Origin: an uncultured Pseudomonadota bacterium
GTDB lineage: Bacteria > Myxococcota_A > Polyangia > Fen-1088
DNA: 64,000 nucleotides
NCBI GenBank assembly: GCA_963847705.1
Contig: CAWKBC010000034.1
Location: forward strand, 96,001-160,000
Reading direction: 5' to 3'
The notes under the pieces were generated by a model, which worked only from the letters and a program-made list of their open reading frames with translations, was not told where the DNA came from and searched no databases. Every line of letters starts with the position of its first letter. Within the stretch, counting starts at the first letter, position 1. Shown here in pieces: positions 50,719 to 62,820 of this stretch. Position numbers and translations under genes: made by a program.

Positions 50719-53709
50719 CTACGGGCGCCCCGCGTCTCTTAGAACCCTCTGCACGGTGGTGGCCAGGGTCTCCATGCCGTACGGCTTGCCCAGCCAGGTG
50801 AGGTCCTTCTGGACCGCCAGCTCCGCGCGCTCGATCGGCGCGTGGCCGCTCGCCACGATGACCTTCTGGGCCGGGAACAGGCGCTGGATCTGTTCGATGA
50901 TCTGCAGACCGTCGACCGCCTCGCCCATCACCATGTCCATGATGACCAGGTCGAAAGGGCTCTGCCCCGAAGGCGCCGCGCGACTGAAGAGCTCATACGC
51001 GCCGAGGCCGCTCTCCATCACCTCGACCTGGTATCCGAGGCTGGTGAGCACCCGACGTCCGGTGCGCAGCTGGATCGGCTCGTCGTCGACGATCAGGATG
51101 CGCGCGCTCCCCCGGGGCGCGGCCAGCACCCTCTCCGTTCGCGCCGGGCCGTCGACGAGCGGCAGGTAGAGGGAGATCGTCGTTCCCCGACCGGGGGCGC
51201 TGACGACGTCGATGAATCCCTCGTGCTCTTTGACCACGCCATGGACGATGGCCAGCCCCAGACCGGACCCCGAGGTTTCGTTGATGCGCTTCTTGGTGAA
51301 GAAGGGCTCGAACACCCGGCCGATCTCCTGAGGCCCGATGCCGCAACCGTCGTCGGACACGGAGAGGGTGGCATAGCGCCCGGCCGGGATGATCTCGTAG
51401 CCCGCGCGCGGCTCGAGGAGGTCGACCTGGGCGCTCTCCACCACGACCCGGGCGGTTCTCTGCCGATTCTCTGGGGGATCCTCGGCGACGACCTCGCCAT
51501 TCCCGGCGACCGCCTCGACGGCGTTGCGAATCAGGTTGTCGACCGCCCTGGCCAGCTGCGACTCCGATCCCCGGACCACCAGCGGGGTCGCGCTGAGCTC
51601 CGCCAGCATGTGGACGCGAGGCGCCCCCTCGCCGACGAACCGCAGCGAGCCGTTGGCCCAGCACGACTTCACCACCTGACTGATGTCGAGGTTCTCCTTG
51701 GCCGTTCGCCCCTGGCGTCCGAGGGTGAGCAGGTCCTTGATGGTCTGGGCCGCGCGGAGGGCGGCCACCTTGATCGCCTCGACGTCGGCGCGCAGCTCGC
51801 GATGGGGCGGCGCCTGTCCCGAAGGCTCGCCGAGCTGGGCCAGGATGACGTCCGGCAGAGCGACCAGCGGCCCGAGCGCGTTGTTGAGATCGTGCGCCAC
51901 GCCGCCGGCCAGGATGCTCAAGGCCTCCATGCGCTTCGTGGCGGCCAGTCGCTCCTGCACGCTGCGTTCGTGCAACATGCTCGTCTGAACGAGCTCTTCC
52001 CGCAGGCGAATGCTCTTGAGCGCCGCCGCGATCTCGTTGCGAAACGCCTCGTAACCATTGTTCCCGTCGGCATAGCTGAACGCGATGACACCGAACAATT
52101 GATTTTCGAACGCCAGCGGCAGAACGAGGAGGCTCTCCCGCCGGTCGTCGGTCAGCGCGCCCGGCGGCACCAGCTGGCTGGCGGAGTAGTCGACGTGGTC
52201 ACCCTCCAGGAGCTCGCCGTCGCGCAGGCACATCGTGGCGCGCAACACCTCCCTGGTGTCGCCGGCCACGCAGGCCAGATACGCCGTGCGGACACCTGCG
52301 CTGGGCAAGCCTTTGACCAGCGCACCCCGCAACGACGCCAGGTCGAAGGCGATGGACGCCTGTTCCCCGACGCCGAGCAGGCGCAGGTAGTTTTCGTCCA
52401 GCAGCAGACGGTGCTGCATCTGGCTGGTCGTGGTGGAGAGCGCGACCAGGTTCAGCCCGTCGAAGAGGAGACGCTCGACCGGCAGGCTCGACCACCCGCG
52501 GAGCTCTTCGCGCAGGTAGCAGATGGCGCTGTGAAGCAGCTGTTGCCGCTCGTTGTCCGTACCGGCGCTCTCCAGCAGGCGGAGGATCGCCTGCTGGAAG
52601 GCCTCGCCCTTTCCCCGCAGCTCGGCGCGAAGCGCGTCGAGGAGATCCGTGGCTGCCGCAGCGCCGTCCGGGAAGCCAGCCCCGAGAATTCCGGCCAGCA
52701 CCGGGCGGAGGGCCTCCAGGTGCCCGGTCACGGAAAACTCGACGGAGGGAAGGTGGAGGGGCAGGTCGGACGAATTTGACCGGTAGACGCTGTGCCCGCA
52801 CCCGCACGATTGGCGGCGGACGAGCCGCGCTCCGATCTGCGTGTACGGAGGCACCGCTCGCCCCGCCAGCTGCGCCTCGATCGTCTGGACCGCCCAGGCG
52901 GCGACCTCTTCGAACTGCTGCGCCACCGTCGTCAACGGCGGATTTCCCAGCCGCGCCAGGACGAGATCGTCGAAGCCGGTGACCGCGAGGTCCTGGGGGA
53001 CCCGCAGACCCCGCTTGCGCAGGAAATCAATCGCTCCGGTGGCCATCTCGTCGTTGGCCGCGACGACAGCGTCGATCTCCACGCCGCTGGCGAGGATCCC
53101 CTCCATCGCCACCTTGGCCGAGTTGGCGCGGAAGTAACCGCGTGCCAGCCAGCGAGGATCGAAGGCGATGCCATAGCGGTTCAGCACCGCCCGATACGCG
53201 TCGAACCGAGCGTTGGCTTCCGGGTTCTCCGGGGTTCCGGCCAAAAAGGCGATCTGGCGGCGGCCATGATCGCGGATGAGGTGCTCGACCACCGCCTCCA
53301 TCCCCGGCCGATTGTCGAGCACCAGGCTGGGAACGCCGGGCAGCTCGATGCCGATGCTGCACATCGCGGGATGCGCCAGTCGCGCGGCCAGCCTGACCAC
53401 CCCGCTCGGTCCGCTGTAGGTCGACAGGAGTGAGGAGACGACGATGACACCGTCGGCCGAGTCCGGGCGAAGCAGCGCGTAGAGGGCATTGTCGGCGGCG
53501 TCTGGCGGTTGGGGGGCCTCCGCCGGCCCGCCATAGACCAGCAGCAGGTGATGGCCAGCCTCGCGGCACTTTCCGTGAATGGCGTCACGGAGCTGCGCCT
53601 CGTACCCCCCGCTGAACGAATTCAGGTGATCCAACAGCATCGCAATGCGACGCCGTCGCGGCGCTGTCGTCCCCAACCTCGAGCTCACAGTTTCCCGGGA
53701 GGGACCCAT
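50719..53709 (-). CDS. Cytoplasmic hybrid histidine kinase with LacI-type sugar-binding sensor domain
   Basis: DNRPGME, ANDEMA, VTGFDD, PPLTTV (LacI-like sensor); AHDLNN (HisKA); GSGLGL (HATPase); ILIVDDE (REC); no TM seen. Confidence 0.9.
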   Translation of the reverse strand: MGPSRETVSSRLGTTAPRRRRIAMLLDHLNSFSGGYEAQLRDAIHGKCREAGHHLLLVYGGPAEAPQPPDAADNALYALLRPDSADGVIVVSSLLSTYSGPSGVVRLAARLAHPAMCSIGIELPGVPSLVLDNRPGMEAVVEHLIRDHGRRQIAFLAGTPENPEANARFDAYRAVLNRYGIAFDPRWLARGYFRANSAKVAMEGILASGVEIDAVVAANDEMATGAIDFLRKRGLRVPQDLAVTGFDDLVLARLGNPPLTTVAQQFEEVAAWAVQTIEAQLAGRAVPPYTQIGARLVRRQSCGCGHSVYRSNSSDLPLHLPSVEFSVTGHLEALRPVLAGILGAGFPDGAAAATDLLDALRAELRGKGEAFQQAILRLLESAGTDNERQQLLHSAICYLREELRGWSSLPVERLLFDGLNLVALSTTTSQMQHRLLLDENYLRLLGVGEQASIAFDLASLRGALVKGLPSAGVRTAYLACVAGDTREVLRATMCLRDGELLEGDHVDYSASQLVPPGALTDDRRESLLVLPLAFENQLFGVIAFSYADGNNGYEAFRNEIAAALKSIRLREELVQTSMLHERSVQERLAATKRMEALSILAGGVAHDLNNALGPLVALPDVILAQLGEPSGQAPPHRELRADVEAIKVAALRAAQTIKDLLTLGRQGRTAKENLDISQVVKSCWANGSLRFVGEGAPRVHMLAELSATPLVVRGSESQLARAVDNLIRNAVEAVAGNGEVVAEDPPENRQRTARVVVESAQVDLLEPRAGYEIIPAGRYATLSVSDDGCGIGPQEIGRVFEPFFTKKRINETSGSGLGLAIVHGVVKEHEGFIDVVSAPGRGTTISLYLPLVDGPARTERVLAAPRGSARILIVDDEPIQLRTGRRVLTSLGYQVEVMESGLGAYELFSRAAPSGQSPFDLVIMDMVMGEAVDGLQIIEQIQRLFPAQKVIVASGHAPIERAELAVQKDLTWLGKPYGMETLATTVQRVLRDAGRP

Positions 53710-53795
53710 CGGCTGATCGGCCCGCGAACTTGCGAGGCTTAAATTGATCGAAATGAAAGTCCCAGATATGCGGCGGCCTGAGGCGGGCTGAAGCC

Positions 53796-55013
53796 TCAGC
53801 CGATCGTGATGACGCCGGTCGCGCAGGTGTAGATGAACTGAAAGCCGGTGTAGGTCACGCTCTTCAGATTGCTGCAGGCGTCGCCGTTGAGGATGATGGC
53901 CGTCTTGGTCGCGTCGGTGTACGACCAGCCGTTGGTGGCGTCCTGCATGATCTCGATGGTGTTGCCCGAGGCGTCCTTGGCGGAGACCGCCACCTTGTCG
54001 AGGTTGCCGCCCACGCCGGTCAGCGGGATGGTGCAAGAGACCGTCTTGCCGACGATCTGCGCGAGCACGGTCTCGAGACCGGCCGTATCGGTGACGGAGT
54101 AGTACTGGGTCGCCGCGCCGGTCTGGGCCTCGCCGCCGTTCACCGCCATGGTGTTGAGCGCGTTGGTCGCCGCCGCGTCGGTGCTGGTCGCGATCCCCAC
54201 GACGAAGGTTGGAAACCCGGCGGTCTTGGCCGCGGCGACCGCGTTCTCGGCGCCGACCGCGTCGGTCGCCCCGGCGTTTGCAGTGCCGGTTCCAGCGGCG
54301 CAGTTGGGCTCTCCGTCGGTGGCCAAGAGGAGATACTTCGGATTCGCGTCGGTGAGCCCCTGCAGGTAGGTGACCGCGTTGTTCATGACCGCCGTCGTCG
54401 GCGTGCCGATCTGGCCGGTGAACAGCACGCCGTTGAACGCGTCCTGGATCGGCTGAGCGCTGGCGGCCGGCGTGATGTCGACGACCGGCGCCGTCGCGGC
54501 CCCACAAACGGTCGCCTCGTCGCCCAGGAAGATGAGCCCCCAGTTCACCGTGTTCTGCGTCTGTCCGACAACCTGGTTGATGGCGGTCGTCACCTGCGAC
54601 CACTTCGAGAGGGCGCCACAGTTGCCGTCTCCGGCCGCCGTCCCACCCATGCACGGTTGATCGTCCGAATTGTCGGTCATCGACAACGATCGGTCCTGAA
54701 CGATCAGGATGTCGGGCGGCAACGGCATCACCGAGACGTTCGTCTGGCCGCAGTTGGGCGTGGCGGCGTCGACCGCAATGCCGACGTCCCCGCCGCTGCC
54801 CGGTTCGCCGCCCGTGCCAACGACCACTGTTCCACCTGTGCCCTGGCCCCCGCTCCCTTTGCTCCCGGCCTCGCCTCCGCTACCGGCGCCCATTCCGCCC
54901 GAGCCGCTGGTGGGCGACCCCGCCATACCGACCTTGAACCCGCAGCCGCCCAGCAAACAGGCAACCAAACAGGAGCCAAGGAAGCCCAGAACCTCTCCTC
55001 GTCCAAGGCGCAT
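53796..55013 (-). CDS. vWA-domain lipoprotein (MIDAS intact), paralog 2
   Basis: Lipobox LGGC; PLPPDILIVQDRSLSMTDN identical to paralog 1; GGAGGT RBS. Confidence 0.85.
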   Translation of the reverse strand: MRLGRGEVLGFLGSCLVACLLGGCGFKVGMAGSPTSGSGGMGAGSGGEAGSKGSGGQGTGGTVVVGTGGEPGSGGDVGIAVDAATPNCGQTNVSVMPLPPDILIVQDRSLSMTDNSDDQPCMGGTAAGDGNCGALSKWSQVTTAINQVVGQTQNTVNWGLIFLGDEATVCGAATAPVVDITPAASAQPIQDAFNGVLFTGQIGTPTTAVMNNAVTYLQGLTDANPKYLLLATDGEPNCAAGTGTANAGATDAVGAENAVAAAKTAGFPTFVVGIATSTDAAATNALNTMAVNGGEAQTGAATQYYSVTDTAGLETVLAQIVGKTVSCTIPLTGVGGNLDKVAVSAKDASGNTIEIMQDATNGWSYTDATKTAIILNGDACSNLKSVTYTGFQFIYTCATGVITIG

Positions 55014-55233
55014 TGACCGACCTCCACCTGTGGGGCGACTCGGAGCTCGATGCGGCACCGCGCTCGCGATATCAGCAGGTAAACTGACGTAGGTATATAG
55101 GCTGCGGTGGGCGCGATCTGATCACAAAAATCGCCAAAGGCAGCGCGCCACGCACGTTTCGGGCTCGTCGCGTCGGTGGCAATCAAAGACTCCAGGAATG
55201 ATTGGTGGCCGCGTCCAACGAGCAGACCGACAC

Positions 55234-55677
55234 TCAGGCATCGTCGTAGTCGACCGCCAGCACCTCCAGCTCGTCGGCGCCGCCCGGCGCTCGCACGGTC
55301 ACCTGGTCGCCGGGGCGGCGTCCGAGCAACGCGCGCGCGAGCGGCGCCAGGAAGGCGACCAGCCCCTTGCCCGGGTCGGCCTCGTCGACGCCGACGATCT
55401 GGATCTCTCGAAGCGCGCCGGCCGCGTCTCGCGTCCTCACGCGGGCGCCGAAGCGGATCTCCTGGCGATCGGATGGCGGCGGCGCGACGACGGCGGTGGC
55501 GATTCGTTGTTCCAGCTCGACGCGACGCACGCCCGGCCCGGTCGCCGCGAGGATGTCGCGCAGCTCCTGGAGACCACGGCGGGTGACGTAGTTGGGCAGA
55601 CCCTCGGGGAGCGACGGCCGATGTCGAACGACGAGCGGCTCGTCCGGGCGATCGTCCTTGGTGAAGGCCTTGCTCAC
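55234..55677 (-). CDS. GreA/GreB-family factor with shortened N-terminal coiled coil
   Basis: MSKAFTKD, NYVT, IVGVDEAD, PLARALLG. Confidence 0.85.
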   Translation of the reverse strand: MSKAFTKDDRPDEPLVVRHRPSLPEGLPNYVTRRGLQELRDILAATGPGVRRVELEQRIATAVVAPPPSDRQEIRFGARVRTRDAAGALREIQIVGVDEADPGKGLVAFLAPLARALLGRRPGDQVTVRAPGGADELEVLAVDYDDA

Positions 55678-55881
55678 CGGCGAAGCTTACGTCGTGCGCC
55701 GCCCACCGTTCGGGCGCGCGGCGGGGCGGTCTCGGATCGTGGACGGGAGAGAGAGACGTACATGACGGGCGCCAGCGGTGTCTCTCCTACAGTTGCTCAC
55801 CATCTCGCACGCCGTTGAGCTCTGTTCGACAAAAAAATCCTCGGGCGTGATCCGCTTCGGGATACCCGGGAATGCCTGACA

Positions 55882-56955
55882 ATGAGTTATCGTCTCCTCA
55901 CTTTGCATAGGTCGATTGGTGTCTTTGCTTTTTGTTTGGCCGCGCTGGCTTTGGTGGCGTGCACCAGCCCCTCGTCCGTCGGTGGCGAAGGCGGGAGCGG
56001 TGACAACCCAACCGGCGACGGTGGATCGCCCGGAACCGGCGGAGGCGCGACCGGCGGGATCAGCGCCACCGGCGGATCGACCGGAACCGGCGGGCTGACC
56101 AGCACCGGGGGTATCACCGGCACCGGCGGCGCCAAGGGCGGCACCACGGGGACAGGCGGCCTCACCGGCACCGGCGGCACCACGGGGACAGGCGGCCTCA
56201 CCGGAACCGGCGGCGCCAAGGGCGGCACGACCGGAACCGGCGGCACCACCAGCACCGGTGGTTCGACCGGCAGCGCCGGCTCGTCGGGGACCTGCACGAC
56301 GGGGACCCTTCCGAGCGGCGGAACGATGCACACCGGAGATACGCAGGGGACCGCGGACGGTCTGACCTGGCAGCTCTGGGCGAATGGGAGCGGGGGAAGC
56401 ATCACAACCTTCAGCGTCCCCGCATTTGGTGCCGCCTGGGCCAACTCCGGCGACTTCCTGGCGCGCATCGGCCTCGAATGGGGAAACAGTGGCAAGGCCG
56501 TCTCGGCGTTGGGAACGGTCACGGCGCAATTCGCCGAGACGAAGACAGGAAACGCCGGCGGCTACTCCTATATCGGAATCTACGGCTGGTCGGTCAACCC
56601 CTGCATCGAGTGGTACATCGTCGATGACTCGTTCAACACGATGCCGGTCAATCCGGGTTCCACGACCAACAAGGGCACGGTCACCATCGATGGTGGCTCG
56701 TACATCCTCTACACGCGCGCCACCACCGGAACCGGCGGCAACCGATGCGGCAGCAGCGTCACGAGCTGGAACCAGTTTTACAGCGTCCGGAAGACGGCCC
56801 GCACCTGCGGGCAGATTTCGATCTCCGATCACTTCAGCGCCTGGAGCGCCGCGGGCATGACGCTGGGATCCGTGCTGGAAGCGAGCATCCTCATTGAGGC
56901 AGGCGGCGGGACCGGGAGCATCGCTTTCCCGACGGCAAACGTGACGGCCCAATAA
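55882..56955 (+). CDS. GH11 xylanase lipoprotein with TGG-repeat linker
   Basis: Lipobox LVAC; YGWSVNPCIEWYIV, QFYSVR, HFSAW, IEAGGG. Confidence 0.9.
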   Translation: MSYRLLTLHRSIGVFAFCLAALALVACTSPSSVGGEGGSGDNPTGDGGSPGTGGGATGGISATGGSTGTGGLTSTGGITGTGGAKGGTTGTGGLTGTGGTTGTGGLTGTGGAKGGTTGTGGTTSTGGSTGSAGSSGTCTTGTLPSGGTMHTGDTQGTADGLTWQLWANGSGGSITTFSVPAFGAAWANSGDFLARIGLEWGNSGKAVSALGTVTAQFAETKTGNAGGYSYIGIYGWSVNPCIEWYIVDDSFNTMPVNPGSTTNKGTVTIDGGSYILYTRATTGTGGNRCGSSVTSWNQFYSVRKTARTCGQISISDHFSAWSAAGMTLGSVLEASILIEAGGGTGSIAFPTANVTAQ

Positions 56956-56985
56956 AACAGGGCGAATCGGAGGCGCGTCGCGCCT

Positions 56986-58650
56986 TCACATCCCGGCGAC
57001 GGAGAAGCCGAAGCCCTGCTCGGCGGTGATCGTCTGCGACGGGTTCGAGGGCGGGCCGGCGGGCGAGCCGTAGAACACATAGACCGCCCCGGCGCCCGGA
57101 GAGAAGTAGACGAAGTCGAAGAAGCCGTCGCCGTTGACGTCGCCGATCCCCTTGGCGCCGATGGCGACGATCGGATTGCCGTCGTTCAGGTCGCCGGGCA
57201 CGAACAGAGGAACGAAGCTGGGGCAGGCGCTCGAGGTGCAAGCGGTCTGTCCGCCGAAATACACCCGCTCGGCCTCGCGCACCCCGACCAGGGACGAGAT
57301 CATGCAGAGCACATCGCTGAAGCCGTCGCCATTGACGTCTCCGACCCCCTGATAGAAGTACTGCCCCGCCAGCGCCTGAAACGAGGTCGTCGGTCCGTCG
57401 GGGCCGCCGGTCATGATCGCGTAGGCGGCGACGTCGGCGAACCCGTCGCCGTTGAAGTCGCCGGCCAGGGCGCCGAAGCCGCTCGACAGCGCCAGCCCCG
57501 GCTGCGAGAGCAGCGTTTGCCCGTCGCCGTCGTAGAGCATCCCGCCGTTGCCGCCGGAGATGATCGCGTCGGGATGGCCGTCGCCGTTGAAGTCGGCGTT
57601 GCCGATCGGCCAGCGCGCGTCGGGCGTCGCGGCCGGCGGCGGCGCCAGCATCTCGGCCGGCGTGGTGCTCACGCCGGTCGGGCCGCCCAGGAAGAGCTCC
57701 GCCACGTTGGCGCCGCCCACCAGCAGATCGCCGTAACCGTCGCCGTTCACGTCCCCGGCGCTGAGGACCCGCATCTGGTTACCGAATACAACCTCCGGTC
57801 CGGTGAACGTCAGCGGCGACGACGGTCCGGCCGGACCGCCACGGTAGACGGTCACGGTGGCGCTTTGCAGCTCGGCCAGGCCGCCTTCGGGGCTGTTCCA
57901 GACCACGAGATCGGCGAAGCCATCGCCGTCGAGATCGCCGGCCGAGCCCGCCTCCTGGGCGGAGAAGGGAGACCCCACGAGCGTCTGGGCCGGCGTCGAC
58001 GCCAGCCCCTGAGGTCCGCCCGGGAAGACGCGCACCTGGTTGGGCGCCGGCGCCCCCGTGGTCTGGACACCCACGGCGAGATCACCGAAGCCGTCGCCGT
58101 TGAAGTCCGGCACCGAGCCCCAGCTCCCGGTGCGTCCGCTCTCCCGGGCGGGGATCGTCAGCTCCCAGACCGCCGAGGTCCGGCCGGTGGTGGTGGCGCT
58201 CGAGACGCGCCAGTAGACGACGCCTGGAGGGAGTGGCTGCGGGGGCCGCGCCGACGAGCCGGTCGCCGCGAAGGAGATGATGAGGTTCTGGCAGGCCCGA
58301 TCGCGGCAAACGTCGATCGTCGCGCCCGTGGTGGAGCTCTCCGGCAGCCAGGTGAAGAGCGGGCTCATCGACATGGAGATCGCCGTCGACAGCGGCGCGA
58401 TGAGCCGCGGCGCGGTCCGGGGAGATCCGGACCCCGAAGTGGGCGTGGCCGGTGTCGACGTCGGTGTCGGGGTCGGCGTCGGTTCTGCCGTGGATGTGGG
58501 CGTGGGCGTCGGCGTCGATGTCGGCGTCAACGTCGGCAGCTTTGGACTGGAGCCCGCCACCGGGCTGTCAGGCGTTGACTGGCCGCACGCCGAAATCCCC
58601 GCCAACGAAACGATCAGCGCCACACCCAGTGTCCGCCCGCAGCTCCCCAT
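56986..58650 (-). CDS. FG-GAP/VCBS (integrin-alpha-like) repeat lipoprotein with PT-rich linker
   Basis: Lipobox ISAC, TPTxTP linker, seven DxN/DGDGxxD loops. Confidence 0.88.
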   Translation of the reverse strand: MGSCGRTLGVALIVSLAGISACGQSTPDSPVAGSSPKLPTLTPTSTPTPTPTSTAEPTPTPTPTSTPATPTSGSGSPRTAPRLIAPLSTAISMSMSPLFTWLPESSTTGATIDVCRDRACQNLIISFAATGSSARPPQPLPPGVVYWRVSSATTTGRTSAVWELTIPARESGRTGSWGSVPDFNGDGFGDLAVGVQTTGAPAPNQVRVFPGGPQGLASTPAQTLVGSPFSAQEAGSAGDLDGDGFADLVVWNSPEGGLAELQSATVTVYRGGPAGPSSPLTFTGPEVVFGNQMRVLSAGDVNGDGYGDLLVGGANVAELFLGGPTGVSTTPAEMLAPPPAATPDARWPIGNADFNGDGHPDAIISGGNGGMLYDGDGQTLLSQPGLALSSGFGALAGDFNGDGFADVAAYAIMTGGPDGPTTSFQALAGQYFYQGVGDVNGDGFSDVLCMISSLVGVREAERVYFGGQTACTSSACPSFVPLFVPGDLNDGNPIVAIGAKGIGDVNGDGFFDFVYFSPGAGAVYVFYGSPAGPPSNPSQTITAEQGFGFSVAGM

Positions 58651-58750
58651 GGTCCGTTCCCCCCTCCACCAAACTGGAACCTGAGGGCGCGACGACCTTA
58701 GTCAACCAACACTTTGCGCGGGCGGATTGGGCCTTTTTTACGGTGTATCG

Positions 58751-58996
58751 GTGATTGACGACGTTGCGCGACCCGATCGTTTCCTCGAGACGTACCTCCA
58801 CGAGCCGATGCAAAAGATCGTGGGCGACAAGCTGCGGGGCGCCGGCCAGCGTGATCCGACCGGCGTGCACGCCGCACGCGAATCGCGTCCCTCCGATTCC
58901 GGAGGATCACGTCAAGCCACAGGCTTGGCGGGCGCCGACGCTCGACGGGCCAAGTCTCCGCTGCCCCTCGCGATTCGGCTGGATGAGCTGAGCTGA
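58751..58996 (+). pseudogene. Probable glutathione S-transferase remnant
   Basis: DRFLETYLHEPMQKIVGDKLR..GQRDPTGV resembles the C-domain of a proteobacterial GST subfamily; there is no N-domain and the sequence decays afterwards. Confidence 0.5.
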
Positions 58997-59154
58997 CCAG
59001 AGGCTCACGAAAATGCAGGGGTGATGCAGCCTTACGCTATTTGGGACCACAGCGACCGTTCCTGGCGGGCGTGGCCGACAAGATGACGCGAGGCTGGCGC
59101 AATCGAAGCCCTGAACGGGTCGCCGTCCAGTATGGTCAGTGCCGAGCCTTCGCC

Positions 59155-59726
59155 ATGAAACCCGAAGACCGAACCGTCGTTCAGTTGCTCGCAGAGCTCA
59201 AGGTGGACGTCCCGTTCGGGGTCGAGACGGGCAAGCTCGTCGCAGGCGGCCATCCGCAGATTCTCGCTGCGGCCACCAACGCGCTCTCGCGGGACCTGAA
59301 CTACTTTGCCCAGAGCGGCACGGTGCAGTTGAGGATCACCAGACACCAGATGGAGGCACTCAGACGAAGAGGGGCTGCGGGCGGTGATGTCGGGGTCATG
59401 CGGTCCTTCACGAACGATCGAAACATCACCTTCTCGGAACGCTGCCCCGGCTGCCAACGTTGGATCCATCTCGGCCGCGCCGAGAGCGCAGGCCAGTGTT
59501 TCTGCGGCCAGAACTACCGCGTGGTCTTCGATCAGACCCCTGAGAATTGGACCCGGCCGCAAGAGATGCGGTGCATGGACTGTGGCGTCGCGTCGACGCT
59601 CCCGGCTCCTGCAGGGTCGGGTCCAAGTGGCTGGCACGCGATCAACGGACATCAGATGCAGTGCGAGGCGTGTGCCCAAAAGCGCCTGGCGGAGCGAGCT
59701 TCGGAATCACAAAGACCAGGCGTGAG

Positions 59727-59730
<4 letters not shown>
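59155..59730 (+). CDS. Hypothetical protein with four Cys pairs (probable double Zn-finger)
   Basis: CPGC, CFC, CMDC, CEAC; its stop overlaps the sigma factor GTG (GTGA). Confidence 0.65.
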
Positions 59731-61500
<1,770 letters not shown>

Positions 61501-61523
<23 letters not shown>

Positions 61524-61710
61524 CCAGACCGACCAGCTCCCTGGCGTCGCCACAGTTCAGGTCGAGCTCGCGGTGGAGGATCCGGGCGGCCGACTCGAGG
61601 AGCGGGGTTCGTTCTTCGAGGGGCGCGTCGTAGGCCGCACGCAACGCGTGGCGCGCGGTCAATGGAACCTGGTCAGAGTGCAGGAGGAGCGGGGCGACGG
61701 AGAAGCTCAT
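61501..61710 (-). CDS. Small hypothetical protein coupled to pirin
   Basis: ATGA overlap with the pirin stop, GAGGA RBS, helical 69 aa. Confidence 0.65.
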
Positions 61711-62780
61711 GACGGTGTCCTCTCGGCGCGCTGGGCGCGCGCCACTTCGCTCATGGGGGTGAACCGGCCAGCCCGGAATTGGCGGTGGAACTCGGTGATC
61801 TCGGCGGGCGATCCGGCCACGAAGGGACCGTGCTGGACCAGCGGCTCGCCGACGGGCTCACCGGCGTAGAGCACGAGGTGCGCGCCGCTGGCGCCGGCCC
61901 GAAGTTCCAGGTCGATCGCCAGATCGGTCGAGACCGAAGGGGCCAGCCATCCGACCTGCCCCACGGCGACGCGGTCGTTCCCGACGCCGGCTTCGCCCGC
62001 GACGACGTAGAAGAATCCGTTGTAGCTGGCGGGCAGCGCCTGGTGGAACGTGGCGCCCGACGCCAGCGTGAGCTCGAGGAGGGTGACGGGGACCCGGTTG
62101 CGGGTCGGCGAGCGCAGCGCTCCCGAGGCGCCGCTGTAGAGGCGCGCCTCGACGCCGGGCCCACGAATCACCGGCGCCGCGTCCCGGCGGATGATCTCGA
62201 AGCGAGGTGCCAGCGTCCGGTCGCGGGCCGGCAGCGCGATCCAGAGCTGGAGGATGCGCGATCGACCCGAGGCCTCGATGGACTCGCTGTGGATGATGCC
62301 GCGACCGGCCGTCATCCAGACCATGTCGCCCGCCTGGAGGTCGCCCTCGTCCCGGTCGGACAGCGTCCCTTCGAGCACCAGCGTCACCGTCTCCAGCCCC
62401 GCGTGCGGGTGGGCGCCCCCGATCTGACGGCGCTGTGGAATGTCCAGGCGGTCGTCCATCAGCAGCACGAAGGGATCGCTGACCGCCAGCGCCGTGGGGG
62501 CGAGCACCTCGACCGCGGTGTGTCCCGGCCCGATGAAGCCGGCCGCGGGGGGCGGCGTCGTGATGACGGACGAGAGGCCACGGGTGGAGGATCGCAACCG
62601 AGCCGGCCGCGCCGTCCGAACCGGCGGCCGAGCCGGCAGGACCGGCCGGACCGGCAGGACCGGCCGAGCCGGCAGCACCGGCCGGACCGGCCGCGCCGGC
62701 CGAACCGGCCGCGCCACTTCCCGTTTGGCTGCGACTATCCATTTGATAGTGAGCTTGGGCGGGGCACTCTCCTCTGTCAA
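61707..62780 (-). CDS. Pirin family protein; start uncertain
   Basis: DPFVLLMDD, HPHAGLETVT, GIIHSE, LQLWI, HGPFV. The conserved part begins at about 62590. Confidence 0.9.
   Translation of the reverse strand: MTEESAPPKLTIKWIVAAKREVARPVRPARPVRPVLPARPVLPVRPVLPARPPVRTARPARLRSSTRGLSSVITTPPPAAGFIGPGHTAVEVLAPTALAVSDPFVLLMDDRLDIPQRRQIGGAHPHAGLETVTLVLEGTLSDRDEGDLQAGDMVWMTAGRGIIHSESIEASGRSRILQLWIALPARDRTLAPRFEIIRRDAAPVIRGPGVEARLYSGASGALRSPTRNRVPVTLLELTLASGATFHQALPASYNGFFYVVAGEAGVGNDRVAVGQVGWLAPSVSTDLAIDLELRAGASGAHLVLYAGEPVGEPLVQHGPFVAGSPAEITEFHRQFRAGRFTPMSEVARAQRAERTPS
62603..62714 (-). repeat. About twelve degenerate 9-bp repeats GCCGGYNNN
   Basis: Read directly from the sequence, upstream of the pirin core. 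Confidence 0.8.
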
Positions 62781-62800
62781 GGTACTTTCTTTTGGATAGC
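62734..62800. promoter_or_regulatory. Two 17-bp palindromic boxes, putative HxlR operators
   Basis: ACTATC-CATTT-GATAGT (62734-62750) and ACTTTC-TTTTG-GATAGC (62784-62800), between divergent pirin and HxlR genes. Confidence 0.65.
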
Positions 62801-62820
62801 TTATTGGTTACGATCTCTGG

